Positions 5,578 through 5,924 of a DNA stretch of 5,924 nt are shown here, piece after piece. The translations under genes and the position numbers were made by a program. The stretch spans positions 1-5,924 of the forward strand of contig CAZTWG010000040.1 in NCBI GenBank assembly GCA_964617525.1. Direction: 5' to 3'. Numbering within the stretch: the first letter of the stretch is position 1; each line of letters begins with the position of its first letter. This stretch comes from an uncultured Gammaproteobacteria bacterium (GTDB lineage Bacteria > Patescibacteriota > Patescibacteriia > UBA2591 > UBA6264). The notes under the pieces are model-generated. The model was not told where the DNA came from. It saw nothing but the letters and a program-made list of their open reading frames with translations, and ran no database searches.

Positions 5578-5924
5578 ATGATTAATAGAAATAAAAAATT
5601 TTTGCTTATTTTCTGCTTATTCTTTCTGTTTGCCAACTTTTCTTTGGTTATGGCTAAAGATGTCATGTTCAAGCCACAGATAGAAATTCCAGAAGAACAA
5701 ATTGATGGTGTCAATATTAAGCCAGGGCAAGAGATTCAGATTAAGGGTAGGTCGTTTATTGACTATATGATGGCGATTTACAAATGGTCTGTGGGCGCTA
5801 TTGCAATTATTGCTGTAATTATGATTATGGTAGCTGGTTTCCAGTGGATGACTGCGGCTGGTAATGCCTCTACGATTGGACAAGCTAAGTCTCGTATTAG
5901 TTCTTCTTTGATTGGTTTACTTTT
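5578..5924 (+). CDS. VirB2/TrbC-like T4SS pilin precursor, 3'-truncated by the window end and absent from the supplied ORF track.
   Basis: ATG at 5578, 4 nt after the previous stop, with the frame open to the window end. My translation is MINRNKKFLLIFCLFFLFANFSLVMAKDVMFKPQIEIPEEQIDGVNIKPGQEIQIKGRSFIDYMMAIYKWSVGAIAIIAVIMIMVAGFQWMTAAGNASTIGQAKSRISSSLIGLL... It has a classic signal peptide (basic n-region, hydrophobic core, VMA|KD cleavage-type site). A TM helix (AIAIIAVIMIMVAGFQW) follows, then a short loop T-AAGN-..-AK and the start of a second hydrophobic helix. That is the VirB2/TrbC topology, and it matches the '..G...t.aGn......AK..i...l.Gl' motif I associate with the T4SS pilin family common in Patescibacteria. 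Confidence 0.7.
   Translation, partial: MINRNKKFLLIFCLFFLFANFSLVMAKDVMFKPQIEIPEEQIDGVNIKPGQEIQIKGRSFIDYMMAIYKWSVGAIAIIAVIMIMVAGFQWMTAAGNASTIGQAKSRISSSLIGLL

Noticed and set aside
5505-5883. Two minus-strand ORFs from the ORF track (5505-5714, 69 aa; 5617-5883, 88 aa).
   Set aside because: They overlap each other and are antisense to the + strand pilin-like ORF (5578 to window end). That ORF has a clear signal peptide, TM topology and a tight junction with the upstream gene. The antisense products have no recognisable features.
1-5924. Alternative genetic code (UGA reassigned, as in some uncultivated lineages and Mollicutes).
   Set aside because: All six complete module and flanking ORFs end in TAA or TAG, and all Trp codons seen are TGG. 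The standard code therefore gives intact, sensible proteins. The absence of TGA stops among only six genes in AT-rich DNA is uninformative, so the window gives no evidence for recoding.

Overview
AT-rich window (about one-third G+C by eye). All credible genes are on the + strand and separated by very short gaps. The window opens with a Lys-rich hypothetical gene (34-1248) whose frame is still open at the left edge. A compact type IV secretion (T4SS)-like module follows. It consists of a PrgI/VirB3-like two-TM protein (1309-1734); a VirB4 ATPase encoded as two abutting ORFs (N-domain 1840-2493, ATPase body 2495-4378 with Walker A GAGKS and Walker B ILLIDEAW, junction TAAtATG); a signal-anchored protein with a VirB8/TcpC-like (NTF2-type) pattern (4398-4961); a membrane protein with a charged N-terminus and hydrophobic C-terminus (4983-5573); and a 3'-truncated VirB2/TrbC-like pilin (5578 to window end) that is missing from the supplied ORF track. 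The only sizeable internal gap (1735-1839) carries an array of ATTCGT/ACGAAT hexamers around a perfect TATAAT box, which looks like an operator/promoter for the virB4 genes. None of the gene starts has a Shine-Dalgarno motif. The single strong GGAGG in the window precedes a 25-codon basic mini-ORF instead. The mix of monoderm-type T4SS parts with a VirB2-like pilin, the low GC and the SD-less starts fit my recollection of Patescibacteria (CPR) loci, but taxonomy cannot be proven from this window. No relaxase, coupling protein, VirB6 or cell-wall hydrolase is visible, so the function (conjugation, DNA uptake or host attachment) stays open. The four minus-strand ORFs are judged spurious. No tRNA, rRNA, CRISPR or mobile-element signatures were seen.
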